Shown here piece after piece: positions 22,705-34,349 of a DNA stretch of 64,000 nt (position 1 is its first letter; the number at the start of each line of letters is the position of its first letter). The notes beneath the pieces were generated by a model. The model made no database searches, was not told the DNA's origin, and worked only from the letters and a program-made list of their open reading frames with translations. The DNA is from Epithemia pelagica (Eukaryota; Protista; Bacillariophyta): NCBI GenBank assembly GCA_946965045.2, contig OX337231.1, forward strand, positions 2,976,001 through 3,040,000, written 5' to 3'. A program made the position numbers and the translations under genes.

Positions 22705-24564
22705 ATGTGGTTCTCCTTTCTCGGTCTCGTCGCTGCCACCGCTGGCGACATGACCAATGACGACGACAAGGACAACCGCAGTAACCTGTGGTTCTTGGGG
22801 TGGAATGAGGGAATGGACGTGTTGATTCCAAGAATGATAAAAGATACTGTTCTTCCGGAATGGTGTCAATGGACGTTAATGGCAGTGCTCGTCTTGGTCT
22901 TGTCAGTGACGGTGTTGCTGCCCTGGCTGTGGTTTGTCCTACAAGGCCGGGCCTTGATTGCGGGTGGCATTCCCTATTTGAGTTCCCAACCCGAAGGCTG
23001 GTCGTATCCTTGGTTGGGTCAAGCCCTCAATTACTTAAAGTACCGTCCCTGGGATTTGATGATGAAATGGCATGGTCGACACGGTCCCATTTTTTCCTTT
23101 TGTTTGTTTGGGTCCTGGTTCGTCTCCGTCTCGTCCCCCCACTTGTTGAAACAAGTGCTGCAATCCAAGATTAGCGCCGTGAAAAAAGATGTGGCCAATA
23201 CGATGAAGCACTTTTTGGTGATTTTGGGAACCGGCATTGTCACGAGCGAAGACGATTCCTGGATGCGACAACGATTGAAAATGAGCATGCCCTTGAGACG
23301 AGATGTCTTGCAATGGATTCCCACGCAAACCGCCATTGCATTGGAACGATTGTGTCAACAAACCTTGGATCCAGCCTGTCAACAAGGTCATGTGGTACCG
23401 GTAGGATCCTTTTTGAGACATTTGACGCTTCAAGTGATTTCCGCCACCTTTTTGTCCATTTCGGCCGATGAATCGGACAGTACCTTTGCCAATTTATACT
23501 TGCCCATTGTCGATGAATCCAACAAGCGCGTCTGGCATCCCTATCGGGCCTATTTGTTTATTTTGCCACAATTTTGGATTCACTTGTACAATGTGCATTG
23601 TTTGAATCAATACGTCAGTCGCCTCATTCGACAACGATGGAAACAACGGCGCGAACAGCCACCAACGTCCAATCCCACCAGAAGCGATTCTACCAACACG
23701 GATCGCAATCACGATATCTTGGATTTGGTGTTGCAAGTGTACGAAACGGAATTTCCCGAGGCGACGGGAGACTTGCCCGAATCGGCCGTTTGTCAATTTC
23801 GGGATGAAATGAAAACCTTTCTGCTGGCGGGACATGAAACTTCGGCTGCCATGATGACGTGGGCTCTGTACGAACTCATGGCCAATCATGCCTTGCGGGA
23901 ACAAGTCATTCAAGAAGCGCAAGCCGTCTTTGGTCAAGATCCACCCAATGCGAATGACACAACAACAACGAGTGCCCCACATGTCAAAATCTTGACGGCC
24001 GAACAATTGAGTGATTTGGCCTTGTCGGAAGCCTGTCTCAAGGAATCCTTGCGCAAGTACTCGGTGGTTCCGATTGTGGCACGACGAACCGTACACGATT
24101 TGTACCTGGAAGGAGAGGAAAAGGATGGCAACAATAAGTCTCTCCATGTTCCCAAGGGATGTTCCGTCATGATCAATATCCAATCCATTCACATGAACCC
24201 TACATTGTGGCCTCAACCACACAAATTTGATCCCTACCGCTTTGTGCAAGAGGTGGATGGTCCTACAACAACAACAACCAAAGCCAAGCGATGTAAACGC
24301 TTGGAACCCAAACAACCAGAACCCTTTACCTTTGTTCCCTTTATTGCCGGTCCCCGCAACTGTTTGGGTCAACACTTGTCCCTGTTGGAATCCAAAATGG
24401 TCATCTCTTGGTTGCTGCAGACCTACCGATTCACGTTACCCGAGGGCGTGGACCTGCAAGTCCAAAATTGGAAATTCGGGAACAATGACAGTGATCCTCG
24501 ACATCGATTCATTATCCCCGTCATTCCCAAACAAGAACTCATGGTCCATGTCACCAAACGATAG
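22705..24564 (+). CDS. Cytochrome P450
   Basis: N-terminal TM, AGHETS (I-helix), ESLR (K-helix), PYRF, heme motif FIAGPRNCLG. Confidence 0.95.
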   Translation: MWFSFLGLVAATAGDMTNDDDKDNRSNLWFLGWNEGMDVLIPRMIKDTVLPEWCQWTLMAVLVLVLSVTVLLPWLWFVLQGRALIAGGIPYLSSQPEGWSYPWLGQALNYLKYRPWDLMMKWHGRHGPIFSFCLFGSWFVSVSSPHLLKQVLQSKISAVKKDVANTMKHFLVILGTGIVTSEDDSWMRQRLKMSMPLRRDVLQWIPTQTAIALERLCQQTLDPACQQGHVVPVGSFLRHLTLQVISATFLSISADESDSTFANLYLPIVDESNKRVWHPYRAYLFILPQFWIHLYNVHCLNQYVSRLIRQRWKQRREQPPTSNPTRSDSTNTDRNHDILDLVLQVYETEFPEATGDLPESAVCQFRDEMKTFLLAGHETSAAMMTWALYELMANHALREQVIQEAQAVFGQDPPNANDTTTTSAPHVKILTAEQLSDLALSEACLKESLRKYSVVPIVARRTVHDLYLEGEEKDGNNKSLHVPKGCSVMINIQSIHMNPTLWPQPHKFDPYRFVQEVDGPTTTTTKAKRCKRLEPKQPEPFTFVPFIAGPRNCLGQHLSLLESKMVISWLLQTYRFTLPEGVDLQVQNWKFGNNDSDPRHRFIIPVIPKQELMVHVTKR

Positions 24565-24648
24565 TATATAATACAGTTTAACTACTAGCTCAATAATCAT
24601 TTCGCACTAAAAATCAATGATTTCGAATGATCGACTTCATCCATGGTT

Positions 24649-25842
24649 TTACTTTCGTTTCTTCCTTTTTTTCTTCTTTTTCTTGTCTGGTAATGTACTG
24701 TCTTGTTGTTCTTGTCGTTCCAGTGCTTCCATTTGTTGCATTCGCGCAATGGCTTGTTTTCGTCGCAGCATTCGTTCTTCTCGTTCTCGTGTGGCATTCC
24801 AACGACGTTCTTGCTCCCATTCTTGGTTCGTTTGGTAGTGTTGCAAGCTGGCCGTCCGTCGGTCGTCGTCCACAAGTGGAATCCGTTGGCGTCCTTGTCC
24901 ATTGTCGTGATAATATTGTTCCAATATAATACAGGCCGCCTCGGCGTCCAAGGATCCATACAAGTATCGATCGGGATCTTGTGCATGCGCCCGAGCCGCC
25001 GCTTCCTTGCTGGTATACCGTTCATCAAAGAGTTCGACCGATACGGCCGGTCCCAATTCTGCCAAGGAGAGATAGGCCAACTCCGTGGCCATGGTCCATG
25101 TGAGATTGGTTTGTTCGGCGACCGTGCCATTTTTGTGCAAGGGCCATCCCACAATGATGCGGGCTGCCTGTTCGCGACGGGCGTATTGGACAATGCAGTG
25201 ACAGAGTTGGGAAGTGTTCAAACCCACCACTATGTCCAAGGGCGTGGGATCGTATCCGACAGTCACGGCAATACCGGTACGAACTAACCCGTAATCCACA
25301 CCAATACTCTTGGAGCCCAACAAACGACACTGTTCTTGGGTAATGGAGGAGGCAATGTCCACCAGAGAGGTATTCCGTCCGGGGGACGTGTTTCCTCCTC
25401 GTCGTCGTTGTTGTTGTTGGGTCTCGGGTTCGACATGGAATACGGGAACCGTTTCTCCTGAGAGCGCTGAGGGACGAGGATTGCCATTCTGGTCGTTGTC
25501 GGTCCACTCCGTCTCACCAGAGGTTGCGTCCTCCTCCTCCTCGTTACTCTGGTCTCTTGTTGTGGACCGAATGGAAGCCTCGGTGGTTCTTGTTTCCTCC
25601 GCTATATCGAGCGACGACAAGGACAAGAATGGCTTGACAAGACGTTCACGGCCCCCAAACAAAGAACGAGAAGAATGACAGCAACCATGGTTCCACAAGG
25701 AAGCAGCCGGTGGGAGACCAAAAACGGGGACACTGACACTGTTGGGCGAGAACGGGTAGCCTTGACCAACGGTGGTGCAAACAATCACTACCAGACACCA
25801 AACGCCACCACGTCCAGGTCCTGGTGGAGTCCACGTCCTCAT
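24649..25842 (-). CDS. yqgF: YqgF/RuvX-family RNase H-fold nuclease, probably plastid-targeted
   Basis: IGVDYGLVRTGIAV, IIVGWP, DERYTS and LDAEAACIILE motifs; signal-like N-terminus; basic C-terminal tail. Confidence 0.85.
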   Translation of the reverse strand: MRTWTPPGPGRGGVWCLVVIVCTTVGQGYPFSPNSVSVPVFGLPPAASLWNHGCCHSSRSLFGGRERLVKPFLSLSSLDIAEETRTTEASIRSTTRDQSNEEEEDATSGETEWTDNDQNGNPRPSALSGETVPVFHVEPETQQQQRRRGGNTSPGRNTSLVDIASSITQEQCRLLGSKSIGVDYGLVRTGIAVTVGYDPTPLDIVVGLNTSQLCHCIVQYARREQAARIIVGWPLHKNGTVAEQTNLTWTMATELAYLSLAELGPAVSVELFDERYTSKEAAARAHAQDPDRYLYGSLDAEAACIILEQYYHDNGQGRQRIPLVDDDRRTASLQHYQTNQEWEQERRWNATREREERMLRRKQAIARMQQMEALERQEQQDSTLPDKKKKKKRKKRK

Positions 25843-26220
25843 AGTGCGCGCTTCCCGAGGATGGAGGGGTGGTCGAGATCGAGCCTGTTCTGGTTCAGAG
25901 GTTGATTGCTTGTTTTGTTCTTTTGGGGAAGAGGCAACAGAAGAGACGAATGGTGATGGGTGAATGGTCAATGTGTAGGTGCGTGGTTTCGTCTGTGGAT
26001 GGCCATCGATCCGCGACTGGATTCTTCGATGTACAGTTTGAGGCTATACAATTCAGTCGCATCTTTCAAAGATGGCCGCATCGACCATCAATCGCAGCCC
26101 AAAAGAAAAAAAGATCCAGGATTCTGGTGTTGGATTGGGAGTGATCACATTGTTGCCGGTGAATTATTCTTGACGGTCCACTAGTAAAAGCTTGAGCATC
26201 ACAAGGAAGCAGAAATCAAA

Positions 26221-27663
26221 ATGCGGTGGGCATCCTTGTTACGACAACAGGCGACCGTGTCAGTGACATCGTCGGCGGCGGCGTCTTGTGCTGCCAAACG
26301 AATGGCGAGAACGACACGACGAACATACAAATCGTTGGCTCTTACCGTCACCTTTAAACATCCAGAGTTCGATATGGACGATTACGAATTGTTGAGTCGA
26401 GGGACGGCATTTTTGTTGGGTGTCGACACACCCGTAGATCTGGACGATAGGGCGTTTGGTGGACATTTGGAAAAAGAGGAACTTCGTCGAGAAATGAAAA
26501 CCTTTAAAAAGAAACATGGCTATTCACCGGCCAATCCGGGTGGAGAAATGAAAGACATGTCGTGGCTGGAATTCGCTCCGAGGGAACATCGACCGCAGGT
26601 CCACATTATTGCCAGCAGTCATGTCCTATCCCCATTTTTGTGGAAAGAATACTATCCACACGAATGGTTGGCTCATGTGGGTAAGGAACATTGCAAATAT
26701 GCCCTCGATGTACTGGATGGACCGGGCAACTCCATTGCCTCGATTCCCTTGGATGCCGAGCCCTTTCATCATCCAGAAGGACGCGATGTCGCCTTGGCCC
26801 ATTTTCAGAACGAGAAGGAGGTTTTGGGTCGTCTCAAAAAGCTGGGAGTGGAAATCCTCCATCCGCGCAAGAGCGACGATCTCTATGAAAAGGGAGAAAA
26901 CATTCTATTTGAAGGATATGCAATCGCAGATGATGGAACGGAACAGCCACAGCAAATACCAGAACAACCGGAACACAAAAAGGAAAAGGACAATGACTCG
27001 GACTCGGAGGTTGACGTGCGCATGTTTCATCCTCACAGTCAAACAGGTACTTTGGCATTTCATACCAATGATCGCTTTTTCGCCATGACACCCTCGCCCC
27101 TACCGGAAGGCTTGTGTGGCGCTCCGGCCGTGGATGCCAAGGGTCGTTGTTGTGGTGTGGTGGAGGGGATTGTTCCAGTCGACCACGAAAACAAGAACGT
27201 GGCCGGAAGTGCCGCCTTTATGCCCCATTTTATTTTGGCGCCCTTTATTGAGGTGGTCGAACGTCAAATGCTGCGAGCCATGATGGATGAAGATATGTTT
27301 CAAATGATTGTCACGGCCAAAAAGACCAATACCATTGGGGGAGGAATATTCAAACTCAAGGATGATGGAAGCTATTCATCCAATACGACATACGAGGAGG
27401 CCACTGACTCTATGATTGAATCATTGAAGAAACAATGTAGCAAAGAAGAGTTTGATGCGGTCATGAACGTGATTGAACAAGAAAGGAAGGAAATTAGTCG
27501 TATCATGAAAGAAGAAGGCACCAGTGATATGGGAGAAGTTGCGCAACGGGTCCGAAGGCAAACCTTGGCCGTTCGAGATATGATACATACGCAATATCGC
27601 AAACACTATCCGGAACGACAAGCGTTCATACCAGGACAATCAGTTCCAAAGCCAACGGAATGA
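26221..27663 (+). CDS. Trypsin/chymotrypsin-fold protease-like protein with Cys at the nucleophile position; probable mitochondrial presequence
   Basis: 480-aa ORF. IIASSHVL (His), GRDVALAH (Asp), GLCGAPAVDAKGRCCGVV (GxCG in place of GxSG). Arg/Ser/Ala-rich N-terminus. Confidence 0.65.
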   Translation: MRWASLLRQQATVSVTSSAAASCAAKRMARTTRRTYKSLALTVTFKHPEFDMDDYELLSRGTAFLLGVDTPVDLDDRAFGGHLEKEELRREMKTFKKKHGYSPANPGGEMKDMSWLEFAPREHRPQVHIIASSHVLSPFLWKEYYPHEWLAHVGKEHCKYALDVLDGPGNSIASIPLDAEPFHHPEGRDVALAHFQNEKEVLGRLKKLGVEILHPRKSDDLYEKGENILFEGYAIADDGTEQPQQIPEQPEHKKEKDNDSDSEVDVRMFHPHSQTGTLAFHTNDRFFAMTPSPLPEGLCGAPAVDAKGRCCGVVEGIVPVDHENKNVAGSAAFMPHFILAPFIEVVERQMLRAMMDEDMFQMIVTAKKTNTIGGGIFKLKDDGSYSSNTTYEEATDSMIESLKKQCSKEEFDAVMNVIEQERKEISRIMKEEGTSDMGEVAQRVRRQTLAVRDMIHTQYRKHYPERQAFIPGQSVPKPTE

Positions 27664-28580
27664 GAGTCGTTGGAGGCTTGTGTGTGAGTGATTGTCAAAA
27701 TACGCGTTGCTGATTTATCAATCTGGCAAGTGCCCATGTTCTCATCTCACTGTGGTTGAAGCCATGAAATATCTTGTCCCCTTATCCTGATAATCTGCAT
27801 CAAGTTGATTTCCTAAGGACGATTCTGGATGGTCCATTAGTCTGAAAAAGTGAGCTTAGATGGAGATGTTTTGTCCTACCGGTAGGTGTAGGTTGTCTAC
27901 TAGGAGTAGCTAGAAGAGAGAGTGGGAGCTAGGAGTATTGTCTGTTGTAGGTTGTAGGTTGAGAGATACAAGTACGCAGTCATAGCGAAGCGTAAACGAA
28001 CGCTCGCTGTCCGTCGCCCGCCTCTCTTGCGGGACTGCAACGACTCGCTCGAACGAAAGCAGAGTGTCTGGGAGGCGTCCAAAGTACTTCCTGGACTATA
28101 CTCCACCATCACGAGACCGTTAATCTTCTTCAAGTGGCAGATGCGCGATAAACAGGAGAATGACCTACGCCCAGCAAACATATTCTTGACACTATACATG
28201 TGGAAAGTATATTTGGGGGAATCGGTGGGGGACGCTCGCCAAGCAGACGCAAGTTCGATGACGGCGGAGCGACCTCTCGCTCTAAAACGACCAAAAGACG
28301 ACGCTTTTTGCCATAACAAGGAACAAGAGGCCAAGCCGTCTTATTGTTGCGACAAACGTGTCTCTTTGATCTTGTGTATCAAAGCACTGCGTTGAACTCC
28401 AGCAAGCCAGGTGCGCCAAAACGTAAACAACACAAAACGCTGCAAGGACGCATTCTCAATCTTCTTGGAGACCAACAAGACCAATTCAAAAGAACCAAAG
28501 AGGGCTAGCTTACTTGTAGTGCATCGGCGTGCCTCGCACTCGCAGAGCCTCTCATTCCGCATCTACGATCCAATTTTCCC

Positions 28581-30097
28581 ATGGCAACCCCCGTTGTTGC
28601 ACAACCAATTCCTGTGCGCTATACTTACAACATTCACTACAACAAGACCATGCTTCAACCATCCGTGGCTCCATTTCCTTCCACATCGCCGTACCTAGAC
28701 AATAAGGCATCTCTCGGGGCGAACCAACGGTCCTTTCCATCACCTTCAACGGCCTTTACAAAACTTTCCCCCACTTCTGTGACGAGTACCACTGTCATAT
28801 CTCCGCAAGCAGGAACAAAAGCAATAATGCCGACTACGCCAACAACGGCAACTTCGTCACCGATAAGCAACTCTGCACTATCTACACCATCAATGTCTCT
28901 GTCGCCAGGAGAGTCTACTGCGAGTACCAAAACTTCTTCGCGGTTTGAAGATTTAGAACGCAAACGTTTAGGACTTGTCAAGATGAGAGTCAGTCTGGAA
29001 CAAAAGTTATTTGAATCCAAGAGTTCTGACGACTTTGCACCGTCCACGAATGGGAACGCACCGGAGGCAAATGGCCGTGGCAATTACATATGGCCGGATG
29101 GAAAATCTGTCACTGGACAATGGTCCATGGGCCAACTTAATGGCAGATGTTTCTTTCAGTGGCCCTCGGGTGAAACCTACGATGGAGATTGCGTCAATGG
29201 TAAAAAGCATTGACGAGGTATGTTTTGTTTCTGATATCGTGAAACTGATTTCTCTTTTGAGGACAATGCTAGTCGTCTCACTCTCACTTTGATGCTGACT
29301 GAATAATGATTTTGCTTCCATTAGGTGTTCATACGTGGCCAGACGGGAAGGTGTACAAAGGCCAGTATGAGAACGGGTACGAACATGGGTTTGGGACCTT
29401 GACCCAAGCCGACGGTGTGTGCCGATATCGTGGTAATTTTCGTTTTGGTAAACGACATGGTGTAGGAACACAGGTATGGTTGGACAAGAACTACGAAGGT
29501 GAATGGAAAGAGAATGCCTTATGTGGAAAAGGCAAGTTATCATGGAAAAATGGGACCATGTACCAGGGTGACTTTTTTCAAGGGCGGTATCATGGTCAGG
29601 GAATCTTGGTGAATGGTACGACGGGGCGAAAATACGTAGGTTCCTTTGTCCAAGGTCAAAAACAGGGACAAGGAATTGAAACATGGCCACAATCCGGCGA
29701 ATCCTATCAGGGAAGCTATGAGAAAGGCCTTCGCCATGGATTTGGACGATTCACCATGGGTGATGGCAGCCATTATGTAGGGGGCTGGGTGAATGGAGAA
29801 CGATCAGGATGTGGCATCCATGTTGCCTCCAACGGCGATGGCTTGCATTGTGGTCCGCTCTTTGATACAACCTCTCGAGCATCTCCCTTGTCCTTGCCAT
29901 TGACAGTTACCCAATCTTCATCATCGCTGTTTCGTGACGACTTTAGTCGTCGTTACTTGATGACCCGAACTGTTTTTCACGACGACATGGATATCGTCGT
30001 GGAACGACGACCTTGGTTTGACGCTACACCAAAACAACCTCTGTATAGGGATGACATGACCATTCGTCATGGTGCACCCAATTCGTTGTCTGTATAA
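28581..30097 (+). pseudogene. MORN-repeat protein gene with an in-frame TGA just before its intron
   Basis: Multiple YxGxWxxGxxHGxG repeats. Intron 29218..29324 joins in frame but reads NGKKH-TGA-RGVHTW, with the stop at 29211-29213 where Gly is expected. Confidence 0.8.
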
Positions 30098-30514
30098 CTC
30101 CTATGACTGGGAAAGTTATCCTTCCTTCTGTAACAATTATCCTGTGCTATTGTAATGTATCCGAAATTATTGTGTTATTTGTGGTCCGCCTGGTTGGAAT
30201 CTGTCACTGCCCGAATGAAAAGAGGGATACAATAGAGGAGTAATCTCACAACTATCGACTACGTCTAGAGGCGCCTTCACGTTCGCCCATGCTACCCTGG
30301 GTAGCCTTTGTAAATCTATCGCGCACCCCGCCAACTCGCACCCAAACACCACATCGACTTCCCCCAAAACCACAAAAGAAAAGAGGGCGTGTGTTGCGAC
30401 TTTCGCGCTCACTTTTTCGATTTTTCGATTCTGCGAAAAAAGATCCCCACAACAACGAAACGAGAAGCCGAGTCGGTTGCCGGTCCATGTCGTCGATCAA
30501 GATTAGCAGCAGTT

Positions 30515-33500
30515 ATGAAAAAGAACCATCTCGCAAATCGGCAACCTTGGGGCCGTTTAACTCCCGAAACAGCCGCCCCTTTGAGTTCCTTGGTGTCTTA
30601 CCGCGTATGGGACCTGGGCATTGCCCCATTCCTCTCCTCGTGGAAGAGTGCCCTGGCCCCTTCTCGGATTGCAAGTCGTCGACGTCGTCGCAAAATTTCC
30701 ATAGAAGTGCATCGGATTGATGGATCTGCGAGTGGTCACAAGGGAACTTATGAAGAATGTATTGTTCGTGTGCTCGTTCCAATCCAAAAGAGTCATCATG
30801 CATCCGCAACAATCCACTCTCGTGTGCAACATGCAAGTCAGGACAGGCATGTCGAGTACCATCCAAACGATCAACATAATGGCGATGATGAGGACGAAGA
30901 TTTCACTGTGACTCCAATCAATTCCAAAGATCGGACTACAACTAACTTTGAATCGCCCGATTTTCGGGGGTGGGAAGAAAAGTATCGGACGCCTGTACGC
31001 AATGTTATCATTAAAGGATCACATCGATCGTCAGTTGCTCTGCAAGTTTTAAAGATCAACTACCTTTTGATGTTTGATCGCGTGGAACAGGCTGAAGACT
31101 TTCGAATTGAGCTCACCGACCAAATCGAGAGAGAAGATGATCGCAGCAGACAAAAGCTTCATATTCTTTTAAATGGGAAAAGCCAATCGTCCAATGAGGA
31201 GATCACTTTCTTGATTGAAATCTCGTCAGCGTGGGACTTACCTGCAGGGAACCTACGCTCGGATCCCTACGTAGTATGTTTCTTTTCTGGCCGAGAGATT
31301 CACAGAACACAACATATTCCAAATACGTGAGTCTGTTTCTGTTGTTCGACAATAGCATCAAGATGGAGATTGTCATGCTCATGTTTCTGGTTTGTTATTT
31401 ATCAGCTTGGATCCCATTTGGACAGTCAAAAGTGGTGGACTCTTTCTCTTCACGGTAAATGTAGAAACTCTCTTTCTCAGCGAAGGCCTGCGGTTTCTTG
31501 TCAAAGACTTTGACGCTATGAGTTATGACAGACAAATGGGTCAGGTTTGTGTCACACACGACTTGATTTATCGTGGAACGGGGAAAAGAATGGAATGTAA
31601 ATTGCTCCCTACACCAGCGTCGCAAAAGAAGGAAGTTCCCGGCTATGTTGCGATCAAGTGCCGCCGTGCTAGAGATTACGATATTCACTTTATGCGTGAA
31701 CATGTACAAAAAAGTTTAAAATCAGTCGGAATGAACAAAATGGACCTAAAGACGGAACAGCAAGGCGGCCAAGGAGTACGTGTTTCGTATTTTCGTCGTC
31801 AAACGAGAACAACCAAGGAAGGCATACGGGAATACAAGATTCGACCAGGACCGGACCCAAATCACGAGGACGACACAACGTGGATGAGCCGTACCAAGAT
31901 CGATGAGGCTACATGGGAGGACTCTTATCACTGGCTCGACGTGGGCAGTGGCCATCTCGGTCGTCTTCATGTCGAGATTCTTTGCTGCGACAATCTACCC
32001 AACCTGGATATAGGAGGACGCGACAAGACCGACGCATTTGTTGCTCTAGTGTTCGAAGATGCCATGGTACAAACAGATGTGATTGACGATTGTTTGAATC
32101 CTCGATGGCTTCCATGGACCAAACGAGCCGTCATGTTTCACATTCATCATAATAGTAGCAAATTGTACCTGGGAGTGTTTGACCACGATGGCAGCATACA
32201 TCCAAACGACGATCATGACCCTGTGGGCCGCGTGACGATTGACCTCAACAATTTCCGATCCGATACAACCTATGTTTTGACGTATGATATTTATACCACT
32301 TACAAAATATCGGAACGCAAATCCAAGGGGACCATTACTTTGAGACTTCGTCTGGAGATCGAAGACGAGCGAACCATGTTACTCTCGACGTTGGAGCCGC
32401 CACCTAACTTCTATGTCAACTCAAAGACACTCAAGGATTATCGTGTGATTATGTATACGTGCAAAGGAAAATATGGTGAGTCTGTTGTGTGGCCGGCTAC
32501 CATTCATGAATGCGAGACAAGATTCCTCACTTTTGGTATTGCATAGACACGGCATCGTACGACATCAAATACATCAACGCTTGTGTCAAGGAGATTCGAG
32601 CTTACAAGCACACCCTCTTTTACATGAATGATGCTGCCATGAACTTATTCCTATGGCGCGGGACATTCAACGTCTGTGGGATTCATTTGCCCGTCCATTC
32701 GTTCTGTGCATTTGTGTCACTGGCGCTCGTTGTGGAGCGCCCACAACTCGCTCCAGCTTGGTTTTTTGGGTAAGTTGATGGTCTTTTGTGCTTGTGATCC
32801 TAGCCGTGCTTTATTTTTCAATCAACAGTTCCACTAACGAAGAGACAACCAATAACTTTTCTTTCTCACGTCATATGACACAGTTGTCTCGGATGGATCA
32901 TGATTGGTTGCATGGATTTCCGCCTTCACATTCCTGGTCCTTGGTTGCAGTGCAAAGACTTTGCAGAACTGTTTGGGTCCCTGGTTCTTGGATTTTCTCC
33001 CAAACCTCCAGACTCGATCCATCCGAACGATCACGCGGACGAAGCAACCGCGTTTCTGGAAACACTTGAAAAACGAATTGCAGAGGCCGATGAGAAGGCA
33101 GCGGAAGAACATGCCGATCGGGCCAACTCCAAGAAAGTGATTGCCAGGGAAATGGGATATCTAGGGGATGCAAACATTGATATTAGCACGAACCAACCGT
33201 TTACGGTCGGCTTTGCGGTCGATCCGTTCAAAGCCGTTCTTCTTCCATTGCAACGACACTTGGATTTGGTATGCAAATATCTACGGCTAGCTCGATGGGT
33301 TCTTTGCTGGGAGGAATGCTACCTTTCCTTCTGGTTGACACTTTTCTGCTTTATCTGCTCGGTCGTTTCTCTCTTTGTTCCGTGGTTTTTTCTCTTTCAG
33401 TGGATGTCTAGACTAGTCGTATGGACATTTTTGGGGCCATGGATGAAGCTTGTGGACATTTTGTACTTTGGACGATGGCAAAACCTTTCCGACCAAGAGC

Positions 33501-34111
33501 TGGAGGGGAAGCGTTTGGCCAAACGGTTGGCGGCTCGAGAGAAACGAAAACGAGCCCATCAAGAAGCCTTGTCACGAGCTCGAATCAAACGAGAAAAGGC
33601 GGTGAAACTCCAGGCCATGAAAACGTACATGTTTGGAAAACACATTGTCCACATTCCCGTCTTGAAGCAAGACCGGTTCAAGGATGTTCCTCGACCCGAA
33701 TCGTACGCTCGCCCCTATCGACCCCGTCATCGTCCCCTGTCCGAGATTGCCATGGAAGAAGCAGGATACCATCGCACCCGTCTACCGGGACAACACTTTG
33801 TGGCACGACGACCAAGTCTGCGAGGAGGCGAAGATATCATACCCCGCATGCCCACCATTCGCTTTACGGATGCCCCCGTAGGACAAGCCATTAAACAACG
33901 TCAATTGGTCGATCGAACGGCACCGGCGGGGAACCTCGTCCCAGACAGTGGCCCCGAATCGACCATTTGGGTGTATTTGAAACTTGCAACCCTCCTGGTG
34001 GTCTCGATCGTATTTAGTTGGTTCATGATTCCTCTATGCTTTGGTGGTGTGGAACGACTCTTGTTACAGTGGCAACTAGCACCACAAACTTCATTGTCAT
34101 GGTCGTCCTGA
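30515..34111 (+). CDS. Multiple-C2-domain membrane protein (MCTP-like), 4 exons
   Basis: GT-AG introns 31327..31405, 32476..32546 and 32770..32883 keep the frame. Two C2 domains (SAWDLP...SDPYV; CCDNLPNLD...TDAFV...LNPRW) and C-terminal TM segments. Confidence 0.85.
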
Positions 34112-34349
34112 AGCTAATATACCGTGGCCATGCATAACATGTGGGGCTGAATTACATGGAACATGGAGGTGTAATAAGCTATCAATGCAGTGTCTTTGTT
34201 TGTCGCTTCTACCTAGTCCATTGTGAAACTTTTGAAACCATACACGCTTTGGCTATCATGTATCTAGTAAGGATGGAGGTTTGTGGTCATTACGTGCATG
34301 CTGCTGTGGTACAGCATGTTTTCCTGGCGCGATGAGAGCGAACAGTAGA

